Shown here: positions 29,802-38,384 of the stretch, piece by piece
How positions within the stretch are numbered: position 1 is the first letter of the stretch
Layout: the number at the start of each line of letters is the position of its first letter
From: an uncultured Clostridia bacterium
GTDB taxonomy: Bacteria; Bacillota; Clostridia; Christensenellales; CAG-1252
NCBI GenBank assembly: GCA_946648015.1
Contig: CAMPCZ010000001.1
Coordinates: 1 to 62,517 of the forward strand
Reading direction: 5' to 3'
Length of the DNA: 62,517 bases
Made by a program: the position numbers and the translations under genes
Notes under the pieces: model-generated
Told to the model about the DNA's origin: nothing
What the model saw: only the letters and a program-made list of their open reading frames with translations
Database searches by the model: none

Positions 29802-30020
29802 TTAGCCGCGCAATGCTCGCCAAGTCAGCGCCAAGCATACGGCGGATATCGCGCCGCACCCCGTGGACAACGCGCCCAATAGTATCATGGTAGGGGGTGT
29901 AACGCCCGTCGACAGGGCGGGTATGCCCACGGCAAAAGCCGCGGCCGCCAATAGCGCCGCACTCACGCCGAATACCGCCGTCAACACGCCGAATACGCGC
30001 TTAGTCGTTTTGTTTGCCAT
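29802..30020 (-). CDS. Small (72-aa) two-TM membrane protein
   Basis: RBS GGAGGT 8 nt before the ATG at 30020 (MANKTTKR). Two hydrophobic helices. Overlaps the 3' end of the upstream gene by 20 nt. Confidence 0.6.
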   Translation of the reverse strand: MANKTTKRVFGVLTAVFGVSAALLAAAAFAVGIPALSTGVTPPTMILLGALSTGCGAISAVCLALTWRALRG

Positions 30021-31893
30021 ACCAATATACCTCCAATTCGTCAAAGTCGACGGGAGAGTCGTGCGCCGTCACGCCCGATAGCTCCGCCAAACTATCGCGC
30101 GATTGGGCGTAGTAGCCCACCACGGGCACGGCGTTGCGTATGCCGAAGGTGGAGGCAAACACCAGTTGTACCACGTGGTTGTTGTCAAACAAGTCGGCCT
30201 GCGCGTCGGGCTCGAAGTTGCCGTACCCCATCACACTGCCCAGATAGGTGGCCATCGCGCGGTAGGGCTCGTAGGTAAACTGCCCGTTGAAGCAGTTGTC
30301 CGCCATATAGCCCGACGACGCGCCCGCAAGCCCGCCCAAAAAGGCATAGGCGCCATAGGCGTATACGTTGGCGGTCACCACGTTTTGCGCCAATTCCGCC
30401 TTGGTCTCGGAGGCATCGCCGTAGTAATTGTCGGCGGCAAGGCCACCCGCATAGGCAATGGTATAGTCGCCGCTTGCCACCACTTGCCCCGCCACCAGAC
30501 AATGGCGCACCAGGGCATAGTTGTGCGCCACCACGCCGCCCACGTATATGCTGAACGTGCCCGGATCGGGCGCGTCCTCGCCCACTTCGGGTAGCGTTAC
30601 GTCCTCTTTGAGGGCGCGCACCGTGCCCAGCACTTGACAGTCGGATATCACGCCGTAGTTCATCGCCGCTATGCCGCCCGTGTTGGGCGACCAACGATAG
30701 GCCGAGGTGGTTTGGCTTATCTCGCTATCTTCGGATAGGGTGCAATGGTCGATGACCGCGCCCGTTTCGTTGTGGTATGCCACGCCGCCCACGTCAATGG
30801 TGTCGGCAATGAGGCTACCTGCCAAGGTGCAATATTCGATGGTGCCCGCGTTGGCGGACGCCACCACGCCCAGTTCGGCGTTGACCGTAGCCATACCCGC
30901 CCAGCGCAGGTCTCCCTCTATGGTGCAATGGCTCAACGTGCCCTCGTTGCGCACGAAAAGGCCGCCCAGCGAGCAGGTTTCGTTGCCGTCCGCGCTAGTC
31001 TCGAATCCCTCCAAACGCAGTTGTCCCTCGGTTTGTGCAAAGACGAAGCGCACGTTTTTCCACACGCCGCGGTTGGTATGTCCGAGAAGTGCATAGTCGT
31101 CCTCTATCGTCGCGCCGTCGGTTTGCAACAGCACGGTACAGTCGTATATTTCGCCGCCGAAATCGGCAAGCAAAGGCGCCGCGCTACCCTCTACCGTGAT
31201 GGTATGTCCGTTGCCGTTGAGGCGAAGGTCGGCAAGCGCGGCGGGGGCGGAGAGCGTAACGTCCGCCGTCAGAATATATTGTTTGCCGCTTTGGGCGGCA
31301 AGCAACGCTTGCGCCGAATCCACGGCGATGCCGTTGCGGTACGTTACCCCCAGCCCAAGCGCCACGATGCCCGCCACCAGCACTACGAGCAATGCCGCTC
31401 CTATGGTCGCCAAGGTGCGCTTGGCGGCCTGCGATATGGGCTTGGGCGGCAACACGAGGCGGCCGCCCTCTATGGTGGCGGCAACGCCGTAGCGCAGTTT
31501 GATGGCGCAAAGCAAGCGCGCCACCGCGGCTTCGTCCAAGGTGTAGGTGCCGAATTCGCGCCGCAAGGTGCGCCAATCGCCCACTATGGCCAGCATTTCC
31601 AAGGGGTGTACCTCGTGCCAAACGTACCCCGCCCACAGGCGCAACGCTTTGCCCGCAATCCGCGCAAAATCGTTGTATATCTCGGGCAATTCGTCCAATA
31701 CCAAGGGGTTGTCCTGCCGCATGGCCTTGCCAAAGGCGGCCGTTATTTTGTCGGCGCCGTACAATATGCAAACGGCGGACAAAGAGAACCTGCCGAAACA
31801 CAGGTTTTTGCGCTTGCCCACCGCTCGCTCGAAGTCGTCGGGCTTGTCCTGCCGTATGGTTTGCAGTATGGCGCGTTGCTCTTCGCGTGTCAT
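30001..31893 (-). CDS. Single-pass membrane protein with extracellular GLUG-motif/beta-helix-like repeats
   Basis: Cytoplasmic N-domain of about 165 aa. TM helix TLATIGAALLVVLVAGIVALGLGV. Then GNGHTITVEG and repeated GG(L/V/I)(A/V)xxNxGxIxxC segments (GLUG-like). Confidence 0.8.
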   Translation of the reverse strand: MTREEQRAILQTIRQDKPDDFERAVGKRKNLCFGRFSLSAVCILYGADKITAAFGKAMRQDNPLVLDELPEIYNDFARIAGKALRLWAGYVWHEVHPLEMLAIVGDWRTLRREFGTYTLDEAAVARLLCAIKLRYGVAATIEGGRLVLPPKPISQAAKRTLATIGAALLVVLVAGIVALGLGVTYRNGIAVDSAQALLAAQSGKQYILTADVTLSAPAALADLRLNGNGHTITVEGSAAPLLADFGGEIYDCTVLLQTDGATIEDDYALLGHTNRGVWKNVRFVFAQTEGQLRLEGFETSADGNETCSLGGLFVRNEGTLSHCTIEGDLRWAGMATVNAELGVVASANAGTIEYCTLAGSLIADTIDVGGVAYHNETGAVIDHCTLSEDSEISQTTSAYRWSPNTGGIAAMNYGVISDCQVLGTVRALKEDVTLPEVGEDAPDPGTFSIYVGGVVAHNYALVRHCLVAGQVVASGDYTIAYAGGLAADNYYGDASETKAELAQNVVTANVYAYGAYAFLGGLAGASSGYMADNCFNGQFTYEPYRAMATYLGSVMGYGNFEPDAQADLFDNNHVVQLVFASTFGIRNAVPVVGYYAQSRDSLAELSGVTAHDSPVDFDELEVYWYGKQND

Positions 31894-32606
31894 TTTTTGC
31901 GTTTGATGCCCCTCTCGTCGGCCCAGCGGTCGAGCATATCAAACAGATAGGCTTGGTCCACGTCGTTGCGCTCGGTCAACTTGGTCAGCAGTTGGTTGTT
32001 GAGGCGATATTCCTCGGTAAGGTCGGCTACGGCTTGTCCGTTGCGCCCTATCTCCTTGGCTATCACGTCGTTTTGCGACCGAATGGCGTCCAGACGGCTG
32101 TTGCTACCCGCCAAGGCTTCGCCCACGTCTTTGTTGATAAAATCACTCACCTTTTGCACCGAGTGATTGTAGTTTTCCAAGCTGCGTTGTAGGTCTTTTA
32201 TGTTGTAATTGGTGCGTTTTTCGGCGATGATGGCGTCCAATTTTTGCAGTTGCTCGTCCGCCTTACGCTCCAGCTCGCCCACCGAGCCCAAGCTGTCTTG
32301 CACCTTGGCAAAGGCCTGCGACAGTTTGCTCATTTCGGCCACGTAGTTGGCGCCCAAGGTTACGAAGCGGTCTATTTGCGCGGCAAGGTCGCCCGAACGC
32401 GCCGCTTGCTTGGCCAACGTGTCGTAGATCTCCTGCAATTTGCCTTTTACGTCGCCCGAAAAGGCATTGTTAAGGGTGTCTATATCGGCGCGCAACCCGT
32501 CGTAGGTGTCGACGAATTGGCTCAAACTGTCCAGCACGGGCGCCAGCATATCGCGGTAGCCCAAAAAGGCGTTGATCAATGCGTTCAAATCGGCGGTTTG
32601 TTCCAT
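31890..32606 (-). CDS. Coiled-coil protein of unknown function (238 aa)
   Basis: RBS AAAGGAGA. Heptad-like, Leu/Asp/Gln-rich sequence. ATGA overlap with the downstream gene. Confidence 0.8.
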   Translation of the reverse strand: MEQTADLNALINAFLGYRDMLAPVLDSLSQFVDTYDGLRADIDTLNNAFSGDVKGKLQEIYDTLAKQAARSGDLAAQIDRFVTLGANYVAEMSKLSQAFAKVQDSLGSVGELERKADEQLQKLDAIIAEKRTNYNIKDLQRSLENYNHSVQKVSDFINKDVGEALAGSNSRLDAIRSQNDVIAKEIGRNGQAVADLTEEYRLNNQLLTKLTERNDVDQAYLFDMLDRWADERGIKRKK

Positions 32607-32669
32607 AATATCTCCTTTGGAGCGCTATCTCGCTCCCCTGTCATAGTCGCTTGCTTGGGGTGTTTGTCC

Positions 32670-35045
32670 CTATTTTCTCTTTTTCATTTTGTCGTGCAAT
32701 CGCTTGCGCAAGTTGACGAGCCTTTGCAACTCCTCTTGCACCAAGCCGACCAAAGCGTGTTGCGCCGCGTCGTTGCCCTCCAGCATGGGGTAGTATCGCA
32801 ATGCCTCCGGCGACAAGCCGCCTTCGTCGTTGCCCATCGCGTCCATCAGGTCGAGCAACCCCTTTTCGTCGCCCATCACAAAGGCGCGTCGTGCGTCCTC
32901 GGTGGCACCCATCTGCCAAAAGGCCACGCCCGCCTCTCGGTAGTGCCCCGTATGCACCCATTTGGCATATACGTCTATGCGTTTTTGCTGCCAAGGTGCG
33001 TCGGGCAATTTGCTTGCCGCCACCGAGGCGTTTTCGTATTGCCCCAGCGAAATGAATTGCTCTACGCGCTCCAGTTGCTCCCCTGCCTCCAGCTGCTTGC
33101 CCGCCACTTGGCGCAAAGTGTCCAACGCCTCGTCGGCGGTGGCTTGGTCGAGGGACATCAACAGGTCGTCGAAAAGGGGCGGCGTTTGCCCCTCCACGAT
33201 GAACAGTTGCCTGCGCGCGCGACTGACGCCTACGTAGAAGAGGTTGAAATAGTAGCGGTACACCGAGTTTTCGTCGGCGGTCTTGCGGTCGATATAGCGC
33301 CTATCCAAGGTCTGCCATTGGGCAAGGTTGGTGCCCAATAGGTGGTAGAGCACCACGTTGTCGCGCTCCAATCCCTTTATCTCGCTGACGGTCAAAACCT
33401 CTTGCCGGGGCAACAGGGCGCGCAACCGCTCTTTGACGGCTCTGTCCGCCACGATGACGGTCAGGTCGCCGAGGTCCGCGTTTTGCAGTCGATATACAAA
33501 GTCTCCCTCGTCCGCCACAAAAGCGGCGCCTGCTGCGATGTCTTCGCCTACCGACGCCCCTTTCACGACAAAGTTGTGCGTACCGAAGCGCGCCTCGTTG
33601 AGGGCGCCCAATGCCTCTATCACTTGCTGTATGCGCTTGCCCGAGCGGTAGTTGTGCCGCAACGTCGACACGCGCGCCGTTTCTTGGTGAAACAGCAGTC
33701 GCTTGAGATAGGCAAAGTTGAAGTAGGACGGGTTGATCATCTGCAACGCGTCGCCCACCGCAAACATTTTTTGCGCCATACGCGCCAGCACCACCAGCGT
33801 TACTTGGGCAAAATCCTGCACTTCGTCGGCTATCACCAAACTGTAGCGCGGCAGTGGCAGCCCCAGCAACTTGCGCGAAAGGGTGTTGTTGTCCTCCAAT
33901 CCCATTTTTGCCAGGTGTTTGGCATAGTCTTGGGCAATGCCGTAGATGGTGTCGCATTCGCTTTTGCCAAATCCGTCGGCGCGCAACTGCGCATATTGGG
34001 CGGCGGTGAGTGCGGCATCGGGGGCTTGGGGGTCGCACCAGCCCTCTATCAGCCCGAAAATCTCCTTGTATATGACCTCTTGGGACAAGGCTTTTATCTT
34101 GTCCAGACGGCCGGCAAGGAAGTAGTTGCGCATCTCGCCCATATACACGTTGACGAAATAGTCTTCGTCGGCCATTTGCACCGCTTGGCCGGTACACGCG
34201 GTGTAGATATCCTGTATCAACCGATATTCTACGTGCTCCTCCAGCCAGGCCGCTATGGCGCGCAATTTGGCGGATAGCGCTTGGGTGCAGTCCTCGGCCA
34301 AATACAGCCCCAGTCGATTGGCAACGGCGGCCTGCTTGTCCTCGTCCACAAAGAGCGCCTTGTCGGCGTCCAGCGCGCCTACCAGCGCCACCAAGTTGTC
34401 TTTCCATCGTTCTACGCGCATACGCGTGTCTATCAGCAACCCGCGCGAATAGGTGGTGTACAGCACTTTGCCGCCGTATTCGCGGCACGCGGCAAACAAT
34501 ATCTTGTCTATACACACGTTGGTTTTGCCGCTGCCCGCCACGCCTTGCACCAGCACGTTGACGTCCTCGCTCGTTACCAGGCGGCGTTGCTCCGCATTGA
34601 GCGAGGGAAAATAAACACCGTCGGTCAGGGACAATTTGTAGAGTTTGTCAAAGTCGCTGTCGGGATAGGTGGCGCGCCCTACCGACACCGCCGCCTCAAA
34701 GGTGGGGTTCGCCGCCAAAAATGCGACGAAGCGGTTGTCGTCGCGCCACTGCGTTTCGAGGGTGGAGTCGTAGCCGCAAAAGATAAGTTTACCCTCGCCG
34801 AGGCGCACCCAAAATACGTGCAAGTTGCCCTCGGTAGATAGGCGCAAATAGTCCTTGCCCGCCAATGCTTCCAAGGCGGCCGCTTGGCGCAATACGCCAC
34901 CCGCCACCGCGTCGATCATTTGGTCAACGTGGCGCAACCGAGCCGTCTGTTTGAGAAACCGCTCGGTTTTGTACACGCGGTAGGCACCGCTTAGTACCGT
35001 TGTGGTGGCGTCGACCAAAATACTAGTCATCGTTTTGTAGTGCAA
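32670..35045 (-). CDS. UvrD/Rep-like superfamily-1 helicase with extra N-terminal domain and helical C-terminal extension
   Basis: Walker A GVAGSGKT, motif II VIADEVQDF, NYRSGKRI, EIKGLERDNVV, FYVGVSRARR. TTG start at 35045, alternative ATG at 35030. Either overlaps the upstream RF-like gene. Confidence 0.88.
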   Translation of the reverse strand: MHYKTMTSILVDATTTVLSGAYRVYKTERFLKQTARLRHVDQMIDAVAGGVLRQAAALEALAGKDYLRLSTEGNLHVFWVRLGEGKLIFCGYDSTLETQWRDDNRFVAFLAANPTFEAAVSVGRATYPDSDFDKLYKLSLTDGVYFPSLNAEQRRLVTSEDVNVLVQGVAGSGKTNVCIDKILFAACREYGGKVLYTTYSRGLLIDTRMRVERWKDNLVALVGALDADKALFVDEDKQAAVANRLGLYLAEDCTQALSAKLRAIAAWLEEHVEYRLIQDIYTACTGQAVQMADEDYFVNVYMGEMRNYFLAGRLDKIKALSQEVIYKEIFGLIEGWCDPQAPDAALTAAQYAQLRADGFGKSECDTIYGIAQDYAKHLAKMGLEDNNTLSRKLLGLPLPRYSLVIADEVQDFAQVTLVVLARMAQKMFAVGDALQMINPSYFNFAYLKRLLFHQETARVSTLRHNYRSGKRIQQVIEALGALNEARFGTHNFVVKGASVGEDIAAGAAFVADEGDFVYRLQNADLGDLTVIVADRAVKERLRALLPRQEVLTVSEIKGLERDNVVLYHLLGTNLAQWQTLDRRYIDRKTADENSVYRYYFNLFYVGVSRARRQLFIVEGQTPPLFDDLLMSLDQATADEALDTLRQVAGKQLEAGEQLERVEQFISLGQYENASVAASKLPDAPWQQKRIDVYAKWVHTGHYREAGVAFWQMGATEDARRAFVMGDEKGLLDLMDAMGNDEGGLSPEALRYYPMLEGNDAAQHALVGLVQEELQRLVNLRKRLHDKMKKRK

Positions 35046-36003
35046 GCGCCCGCAATAGGGGGTCTATCTCGCCGCGCCATGCCTTTTTGAGGGGAATGGC
35101 CACGTCGGTGCGTTTGTCCACCAACAGGTCGTGCGCGGTGTCGTAGCGGCGCACGGGGTTGGATCTGTCGCGCGTTTGTTTGTCGCGCTCCAGGGTGTAG
35201 CACAAATCGTTTTCGCGGTCTTGCCGCGCCTGCAACCGCTCGGCCAAGGTGGACAACGCGCGGCGCTTGTTCATCAACTGCGAGCGTTCGTCTTGGCAGG
35301 TGACCACGGTGCCCGTGGGCAAGTGGGTAATGCGCACGGCCGTTTCCACCTTGTTGACGTTTTGGCCGCCTTTGCCCGAACTGCAAAAGATATCCACGCG
35401 TATTTCTTCGGGCAGAATGGTCACTTTGCCCGCTCTCTTTTGGGGCATGACGCTTACCGTGCACTGCGCGCCGTCGTCGCGGCGGTGTAGCCCCGCCTCG
35501 TGGCGTAGCCTGCCCAGCCCGCCCTCTGCGCGAATGGTGCCGCCCGTCTTGTCTTCCTCTATGGTGTAGCCAAAACCCGCGCCGTCGAGGTAGCGCGCAT
35601 ATAGGCGCAATACGTCTTTGCCAAAGTCGGCGGTGGGCGTTTCGCGCACGGTCAGCACGCAGGGCGCGTTGCCGTCGTGCTTGAGAAAGCGAGTAAGCGC
35701 CACCGCGTCGTCCACGGCCTCTTGCAGGGCCTTTTGTTGCGCCTCGCGCTCCTCGCGGTATAGCGGTAGCAGGTCGCCCGCCTCTTTGGCTTCGCGCTCG
35801 TTGGTCTCCAAGGCTTGTACGGCTTTTGACAGCGCGTCGTGCGCTTTGGCAAAGGGCGCCAGCCTCGCGGCCTCTCTCGACAAATACAAATAGTAGCGGC
35901 TGTCTGCCGCCGTTTCGGGCAAGGCCATCTCTGCCGCCAGTTGCAGAGAGCGCAAATAGGCCTCTTGGGTGTTGTCCAGTAGGGTTTTGACCATAGCGTC
36001 CAT
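35023..36003 (-). CDS. Class-I peptide chain release factor paralogue (GGQ present, codon-recognition segment absent)
   Basis: SSGKGGQNVNKVETAVRITHLPTGTVVTCQDERSQLMNKRRA matches the RF1/RF2 domain 3. The stretch that carries PxT/SPF in RF1/RF2 is replaced by the short HRRDDGAQCTVSV. Confidence 0.85.
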   Translation of the reverse strand: MDAMVKTLLDNTQEAYLRSLQLAAEMALPETAADSRYYLYLSREAARLAPFAKAHDALSKAVQALETNEREAKEAGDLLPLYREEREAQQKALQEAVDDAVALTRFLKHDGNAPCVLTVRETPTADFGKDVLRLYARYLDGAGFGYTIEEDKTGGTIRAEGGLGRLRHEAGLHRRDDGAQCTVSVMPQKRAGKVTILPEEIRVDIFCSSGKGGQNVNKVETAVRITHLPTGTVVTCQDERSQLMNKRRALSTLAERLQARQDRENDLCYTLERDKQTRDRSNPVRRYDTAHDLLVDKRTDVAIPLKKAWRGEIDPLLRALALQNDD

Positions 36004-36235
36004 ACCTATAGAGTATCACATTTTGCCGTCGGTTGCAACACGCCTACCGCACAAAACCTTATTTCTCCGATTCTCCCTCTCTCCATTGGCGGAGAAATGC
36101 GCAATCGGCCCCAAAGAGGGGGCTGTCGCACGCGTTTTGCGCCCAAAACACGCAAAAAAAATGGCGTTGCCTATTGTCAGCGCCTTGTTTCGATGATATA
36201 ATAGATTTATTATTTATCTGTATGGAGGTACAGTT

Positions 36236-37165
36236 ATGTATACCAAAACCGAGTTCAGTTTTCCCTCTCAGTCGGGCCTGTGCGACATTCACGCCGCCAA
36301 ATATTTGCCCGAGGGCGCGCCCAAAGCCGTGTTTCAGATCGCGCACGGTATGGCGGAGCACTTCGAGCGGTACGAGAAGTTCATCGCCGTGTTGTGCGAG
36401 GCGGGGCTTGCCGTTTTTGTCAACGACCATATCGGCCATGGCAAGAGCGTAGCCAGCGAGGAGGACAAGGGCTATTTCGGCAAAGATACTTGGCACACGA
36501 TGGTGGCCGACTGCCATACGCTCTACGAAACGGCGCACGCCGAATACCCCGACTTGCCCTACTTCTTCTTTGGCCATAGCATGGGGTCTTTCGTAGCGCG
36601 TGAGTATGCACGCGAGTACGGCCAAGATCTTGCCGGCGCCATTTTCTGCGGCACGGGCGGCAGCAATCCCGCCGTGAGCATAGGCATCGCTTTGTCCAAG
36701 ATGATAGCGGGCTGCAAGGGCGAAAGGCATCGCAGCAAATTCATCAACGGCATGGCTTTTGGCGCCTACAACAAAAAGTTTGCGGGACGCACCGAGTTCG
36801 ATTGGCTCACCAAGGACACCACCGTGGTGGACGACTATATTGCCGACCCCGATTGCGGCTATTTGTTTACGCTCAACGGGTACATCACGTTATTTGACAT
36901 ATTGCGCGAAGTTTCCACCCCCGCTTGTTACGAGCAAATCCGCAAGGATCTGCCCATGCTTTTGGTGGCGGGCAAAATGGACCCCGTGGGCAACTTTGGC
37001 AAGGGCGTCAGCGAGGTGTGCGACAAGTTGGTGGCTACGGGGCACGACAAGGTGGAAATGCACCTCTACGACGATTGCCGCCACGAAATCTTGAACGAGA
37101 GCGAAATGTTCCAAGAGGTATGCTCCGACATTTTGGCTTTTGTCAACGAGAATTTGTCCAAATAG
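36236..37165 (+). CDS. Alpha/beta hydrolase (lysophospholipase/monoacylglycerol-lipase-like)
   Basis: HGMAEH motif, nucleophile elbow GHSMGS, C-terminal DxxH (YDDCRHE). Extended -10 TGATATAAT upstream. Confidence 0.88.
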   Translation: MYTKTEFSFPSQSGLCDIHAAKYLPEGAPKAVFQIAHGMAEHFERYEKFIAVLCEAGLAVFVNDHIGHGKSVASEEDKGYFGKDTWHTMVADCHTLYETAHAEYPDLPYFFFGHSMGSFVAREYAREYGQDLAGAIFCGTGGSNPAVSIGIALSKMIAGCKGERHRSKFINGMAFGAYNKKFAGRTEFDWLTKDTTVVDDYIADPDCGYLFTLNGYITLFDILREVSTPACYEQIRKDLPMLLVAGKMDPVGNFGKGVSEVCDKLVATGHDKVEMHLYDDCRHEILNESEMFQEVCSDILAFVNENLSK

Positions 37166-37235
37166 CCCAAAATCGTTGACGAACGCAACAAAACGACCTA
37201 TTCTTATCATAAGTCAACGAAAGGAGAACGAATCA

Positions 37236-38159
37236 ATGAAGAAATGTTGCTTGCGCACGTTAATAGCGTTGCTCATCGTGGTGGTCATCATAGCGGCGGG
37301 CATAATCGTGTTGCTCAATTTGACTCCGGCGCAGTTGCACGTGGACGGCATATCCTTGGGCGGCAATACGCTGGCGGACTACGGTCTTTCGGATGTCAAG
37401 ATCATCAAAATCATCAAGGGCGCGCGCTCTCTCAACAAAAAGGAGAGCGACGTGGTGAAAAACGGCTACGATCAAGAGCAAGAAAAGAGCGCGGTGGCGG
37501 CGCTGTTTGCCAACAGCAACCTGTCCGACGCCGAAAACTACGCCGAGTTGCTCAATCAAAACGCCGTCTTCAGTCAGCGCTACGTGCGGGTGCTCAACGA
37601 CACCACGTTGGCGTACGTGCTCGATTCGGCCTTGCGCGAGACCTACCCCTCGTTTGCGGTGCGCGAGGTAACCATTACCAAGCAGACGGCTGACGACGGC
37701 TCCTCCATCGGGCACTTGCGCTTGGTGGCCGGCGTGGATACGGCCGCCTATATCCCTTCCAGCGTCAAGGATACGATGGCCAAAGTGCGCGTCAAGTTGC
37801 CCACCTACATTTACGTGGTATTCGACGCCGACTTCAGCGTGTTTGCCAGCGGCGAAAACCAAGGCAAAATGCTCTTTGCCAATATGGACGCCTCGGTAGG
37901 CGGCGACAAAGACAACGTGCTCAACGACGTGTTGATCCATTTCATTGCCAAAACCGCGGGCATCAGCACAAGCGAGGATGGCGACAAGGCCGCCTTTAGC
38001 CGCGCCATCTTCGACAAGGCCAGCGCTTGCATCAATCATATCGGCGCCATCGGCAATGCCAATGCCAGCGCGGACGGCGTGGTGGCAGGCTCCATCACCT
38101 ACGGCATGGTGGGTGTGGACGACCACAAAGTGCGCCTCATCACCTATACGACGCACTAA
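37236..38159 (+). CDS. N-terminally membrane-anchored protein of unknown function
   Basis: RBS AAAGGAGA. MKKCCLRTLIALLIVVVIIAAGIIVLL anchor. Start chosen at 37236 rather than the ORF-track 37140. Confidence 0.75.
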   Translation: MKKCCLRTLIALLIVVVIIAAGIIVLLNLTPAQLHVDGISLGGNTLADYGLSDVKIIKIIKGARSLNKKESDVVKNGYDQEQEKSAVAALFANSNLSDAENYAELLNQNAVFSQRYVRVLNDTTLAYVLDSALRETYPSFAVREVTITKQTADDGSSIGHLRLVAGVDTAAYIPSSVKDTMAKVRVKLPTYIYVVFDADFSVFASGENQGKMLFANMDASVGGDKDNVLNDVLIHFIAKTAGISTSEDGDKAAFSRAIFDKASACINHIGAIGNANASADGVVAGSITYGMVGVDDHKVRLITYTTH

Positions 38160-38175
38160 ACGATATCGAGCAAGG

Positions 38176-38202
38176 GCACCCCGCAAGTCGGGGTGCTTTT
38201 TT
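38176..38202 (+). terminator. Rho-independent terminator
   Basis: GCACCCCG-loop-CGGGGTGC followed by T6. Confidence 0.8.
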
Positions 38203-38237
38203 GTATGCGCGGCAAGCGTGCTTGCGCATTTTGGCTA

Positions 38238-38267
38238 TTGACATACTTTTTTTGATAATGATATAAT
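38238..38267 (+). promoter_or_regulatory. Sigma-A-like promoter of the symporter/peptidase operon
   Basis: TTGACA, 18 nt, TATAAT. Followed by a structured leader of about 115 nt. Confidence 0.55.
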
Positions 38268-38384
38268 AGTTATTATGCGAAAAAATCGATCGTGACACCG
38301 CCCCTATTTCCGTAGGCCGCTTTGCGGCGCAAGGGGGCGACCCTTCGTATTGAATATCGGTTGCGACGTCTAAAAAGGAGAGGT

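Noticed and set aside
35027-36019. Second long ORF in another frame across the RF-like gene, as a hint of RF2-style programmed frameshifting.
   Set aside because: The alternate frame encodes an Arg/Pro/Gly-rich string with no RF similarity. The RF-like frame is continuous from its own ATG, and there is no CUU-UGA-type shift site near the start.
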